A program made the translations under genes and the position numbers. 64,000 bases of DNA from Paraphysomonas bandaiensis (taxonomy: Eukaryota > Protista > Chrysophyceae): NCBI GenBank assembly GCA_965644295.1, contig CBFFRP010000404.1, positions 1 through 64,000 of the forward strand. The letters are read 5' to 3'. Every line of letters starts with the position of its first letter. Positions within the stretch are counted from its first letter, which is position 1. Of the stretch, positions 59,707-64,000 are shown one piece after another. Below the pieces are notes generated by a model. It was not told the origin of the DNA, did no database searches, and worked only from the letters and a program-made list of their open reading frames with translations.

Positions 59707-62700
59707 TTATTGCACCACACCATTTACTAGTTTGACATCAAATGACTCAAACGCGAAAGAAGACACCTTCTCGTGGTCCCCGAGCGCAGCAGCCACTCTC
59801 ATCTCCACTTCCTTCCGAAGCAGCGAAACCCCTATCAGGGAAGCGTGTAACCTGTACAAACAAAGAACATTCACATGGTTAGAAAAGCACGAAGACGCTG
59901 ACACACCTGTCACGAATTTTAACTCTGCTAGCAATATCAGGACTGGCATATGACACAACTAATTGCCTCCTGTCGTAGTTTGGTATCCGACCACCACTTC
60001 TTTCATGTTTTTGAATTCCTATACGTGGGAGACTCCTCGACAAAATCTTGAATGATGTAAAACTACGTGTATCGTCAACAAGAGGCTCGAGTAGTCCTTT
60101 TTCATCATCTGTAAGGTGACTGCGATGTAGAGACAACTCACAAAAGTGTTTGTAGACAACGGCGCCAATAGGGTGGGAAGGAAATATGGATAAGGAAAGA
60201 GGTTGCCCACCATCATTGTCAACTCCAGTAACATGCAGTGAATGACTAACAGGACGCAAGTTGGCAGAGAGTGGAACAAACCAATCGTACGTTTTTTTCA
60301 TTTCCTAACCACACATATATTGTTAAATAATGACGGTGAGGCGAAATACTACTCACCCAGTGTCCGTCACTAATATGGGCAGAGTACTCTAAGTCATAAG
60401 GCAGCTGAGATTTCCAGTAGTCCAGATCTATACGAAAGAATACATCCATGCTTTGTTGTAAAGGAAGTCGTGTACGGACATCCACTTCGATATTGCCGAT
60501 ACTCCTCTCGGATAAAGAAATTGTATCTTTTAGTAGTCGAAGAGAGACAATAATCCCTGGACAGGGAGCAGAAGTCAGCTCTGATACAATACTCCCAGAT
60601 TCCTCATGCAGAATGGATGATGCTATACTGCCACTGTATTTCTCCACATCACCAGAATCATGATCAGAATGTGTATGCACACCACATGTCAAGGGAGTGG
60701 ACTGTCCTTCTGGGTACCACAAGAATAGAGCTAGTGCGCACACCACAGTAATTGAAAACACTGCACCCATAATTACTAGTAAGCGAAATAAATGACGCAG
60801 CCGTATGTTCATGCCAGCAGGCCGTCGGGTCACAGCCATCTTGTTGTATCCCAAGGCCATGGTAGCAACCCATGGTACCCATAGATATAGCAATAGGCCT
60901 ACCTACAAATAGGTCGGGCAGAGTAAAACGTTTCAAGTATGCTGCACAGGCCACCTACATTAAATGGAGCTGTGCCCACAATACCCAAAAGGAATGTAAA
61001 TACAGATTCAAATGGGAGCACAGGTTCAACCCAAAGTGAAATGTGCTGGGTGTAGTACCAGCTAAGGAAAACGACGGCGACCACTGCCCTAACACATATT
61101 CCCACCACGATCACTGGGGCAAGAGTCCATACCCAGCTGATAATAGTCGACACAGGAGACGACTTACGGTCTGCGGTACTAGATTTCGACGGCGAAGTGC
61201 ATACTGCTGTTCTCGACAGGCGTTTTGAACATCGTAAAGAGAGAATTGCTTGGAGACTCCGTCGATACAGAGCCTTCGAGAAGATATAAATACCTTAGAC
61301 CACAACACATCATAGTAACTACCTGAGCACCAGACTCGTTGAGTAAAAGTGCAGTCACAATCAAGACAGCACACCCAGCGCCAGTCGCATATGCAGCAAG
61401 AGCACTCAGCAATGCGTTGAACGGGGTTCTCAGTAGATAAGCACCCGAAGAGTGCCAGCCTTTACCACTCTCGATTACCCGGATACTCTACGATAAAATT
61501 AGAGTAATACACCCCACCATTTGCAGCTAGTACCATATATCTCGCCAACTCCCGTAAAACCTCAATTCCATTGTCTTTTTCTTCCAACCTACGACTTCTC
61601 ATCGCACTTCCCATTGCGGTGTGGTTAACTTGTCCACATGAAGCAGCCACAAGTGTCCCCATATACGATCGATAGTGATGGCCCAGTACTCCGTCACTTT
61701 TGTGCTTGACTGATACAGCAGTCCTCGCTGGGGATGTGAGCTTGCGAATATGGGGGTTGCTGTGGTCACATGATGCAGTAGATTCACACCCATTCTCATC
61801 CGAAAACTCAAAGGAGTCCAGCTCCTGCACCGAAACGTGTCCGCCTTTCTGGTCTGTCACCTCTGGGGAGAGACACAGTTCTTTATTGCCGGCAGGAGGA
61901 ATTGTCCTAATATTGTATACCCGTTCTGATCCCCCACAAAATAATGACAAATCAATGAGCTGCGCCTCTAGATTTGAGCTGAGCACTATAGGCGGCTCAT
62001 TAAAATCCGATCCGACCCCCACCTCAATGGTGAAGGGGGCAAGCGGTGCCAGCATACTAGACAGTGCTCCCTGTAATAGCTTGCGAGTTTCCTCTAATTG
62101 GCCCATGAAGCTCTCAACTACATATCTTCGTGATGTTCCCGTGATAGTGTCATGGTGACTGCCGAGGGAAAGCACCCGATGCGCCCCCTGCACTGCACTA
62201 ACCGCACTCTCAATTGTGGAGGGCATCACCGCATCTCTGATCCGAGAATCCGTCAGCAGACCAGTAATGACTGTCTCCACACCACGGAGCAAATCTTCAG
62301 TATCACGTATCTGGTGTTTTAGGACAGGTCGGCTACCATAGTAGCCAGTCCAGTCGTTGACCTCATGGTCGGAGTAAGGTAGGAGGTGGCCTTGGGCTGT
62401 AGGGACGGCTGCACTTGACTGGCCTCTTAGAAAAATATCGACATCAGAATTTCCAGCAGCACACTTTTTAACCGCTGAAAAATATCTAGAGGGTGTAGAC
62501 AACTGAACTGCAAATCTGTAGTCTCCTCGTTCTGAATTTAGCAGAGTTTGGGTAGCCTGGAGTACATATTCGAGAGCTGTAAAACTTCTCTCCGCACGCC
62601 GAAAGGAGAAATCGTCACCTACAAGTAACAGAATAGGACATTCCCCTGTGATGCGTGCAATACCAGGGCATGTTGTAGCATCATTCATAATAATCCCTCT

Positions 62701-63566
62701 TAGTTCCCGTGCGGCTCTCTCAATGTCCCTCTGTTTCACTTCCTTGTGCTCCAACAAACTCCCCAACACGGGCGGACTGGAGTAGTGGCGGGGCAAGATG
62801 GTTGATAATAAGTTACTATGTGTAGATGAAAAGCGGACGAATTTAAACGATTCTGTTCGTCGCTCTGAGTTATACACAAAGAAACTTGGGCCTCTGCTGT
62901 TGACAAGGCGTTTAATTCGGAAGGGAACGCGATTCAAAACCTGAGATTCATACCCCATTCCGGCTAGTGTAGAACTGGTTCCACTGGAGTGCCCGAACGA
63001 GTCCAGAAACCAAGCAACACCAGAATTGTACCTAAAATAGCAGAATTAAACTAAGCGGCAGACAAGATGCAAGTATTGATTGCGTACCGGTGTCCTAACT
63101 CCTCTGCGACCCACCTCCTGCCCACAGCCAAGTTATCCAAAGCGGCATAAAAGTCCGTTAGAGCTTCGTCATGCGCAGTCCAACCCCCACCAACAAGTTC
63201 CAATTGCCCATTATTCAGAAGCTCAAGAATTGCTTCTCTGAATGTAAAGCAATTGTATTTTTCCCGCAGAAAGTGGACAGATGCATGCTTCTTCTCTCCA
63301 CAGACACTCTTTTTTCCATGAGTCTTCAAAAACAAGTCTAGAAAGTACAGAGATTCCCATACAAATGTTCTCTTTGCATCTAATAGAAGAGAGACGATAG
63401 ATGTGTCCAGTATAGCGTCTGTGCGTAACATGTATTCTTCTGGGGTAAATTTCCACATAGGATCCACATGTGAGTGAGGAACGACATGCACAGTGACCTC
63501 CACTCGACTGCTCACCACAGAGAACAGTGTCACTGCCACAAGAACTAGTCTTGAGGTAATATTCAT
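59707..63566 (-). CDS. GH38 alpha-mannosidase with internal multi-pass TM insert, about 1181 aa
   Basis: Signal peptide; motifs VPHSHVDPMW, GQLELVGGGW..HDE, WFLDSFGHS, GDDF, STPSRYF, WTGYYGSRP, HHDTITGT, SGAYLL and ELSLHR..DDEKGLLEPL. Introns 63032-63087, 61488-61533, 61274-61322, 60903-60958, 60305-60356 and 59852-59906 give 1182 codons in frame. Confidence 0.9.
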
Positions 63567-64000
63567 GGGAATATGAACATGTGGCTCAGTATATCCATTG
63601 AAGGGCAGGATATGATACGACTGTACTGGTGTATATTACGCACAATGAAAGTGTTTTTTCAGTGCAACTGTTCAAGATACGCTTCTTGATGGAAGAAATG
63701 AAATAATTGGGTTGCGTTTCAGTTGAAAAATACAGTAGTAGAAACAGACGAAGGAACGTACAGCTTCATACGTCTACATCACTGTATATAATACCATCCT
63801 CTAGATACCTACCTACCTAACCTACATACCTACATGCCCATATACAGACCGCTACAAGTCCATAGCGATAAACATACATACTACTCCATATATATAACAT
63901 ACATGACACAAACCCATCCCATCTCCTTGTCATTCAATCCACTACCTCTATGACAGTGTTCATTTAGTCTCCCTCCTCTATCCAGTCCCATATACACATA

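Overview
Eukaryotic nuclear DNA with compact genes and short GT-AG introns (mostly 43-63 nt). The organism is flagellated and is probably a stramenopile such as a chrysophyte (inference from gene content). Thirteen protein-coding genes are supported: a PUF/Pumilio protein, glycine C-acetyltransferase, TVP23, alanyl-tRNA synthetase, an orphan secreted protein, a membrane hybrid histidine kinase, a possible pseudo-receiver/PAS protein, a WW-domain protein, ataxin-2/Pbp1, a membrane-anchored S8 subtilase, an SDR, inner-arm dynein heavy chain I1-beta (DNAH2-like) and a GH38 alpha-mannosidase. The intergenic DNA holds a truncated Ty3/gypsy element, hAT remnants and MITEs with 8-bp TSDs, a 122-bp-arm foldback, and at least 8 copies of a non-LTR-type repeat family. 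The strongest leads are: (1) that family's ~515-bp unit starts with an HDV-like ribozyme-shaped fold and makes 11-14 bp TSDs, with one copy nested in another; (2) the GH38 mannosidase has a ~4-helix transmembrane insert inside its C-terminal region; (3) the histidine kinase has an opsin-like, lysine-less TM segment and lies next to a possible pseudo-receiver/PAS gene. All gene models, folds and family calls were made by eye, with no searches run.
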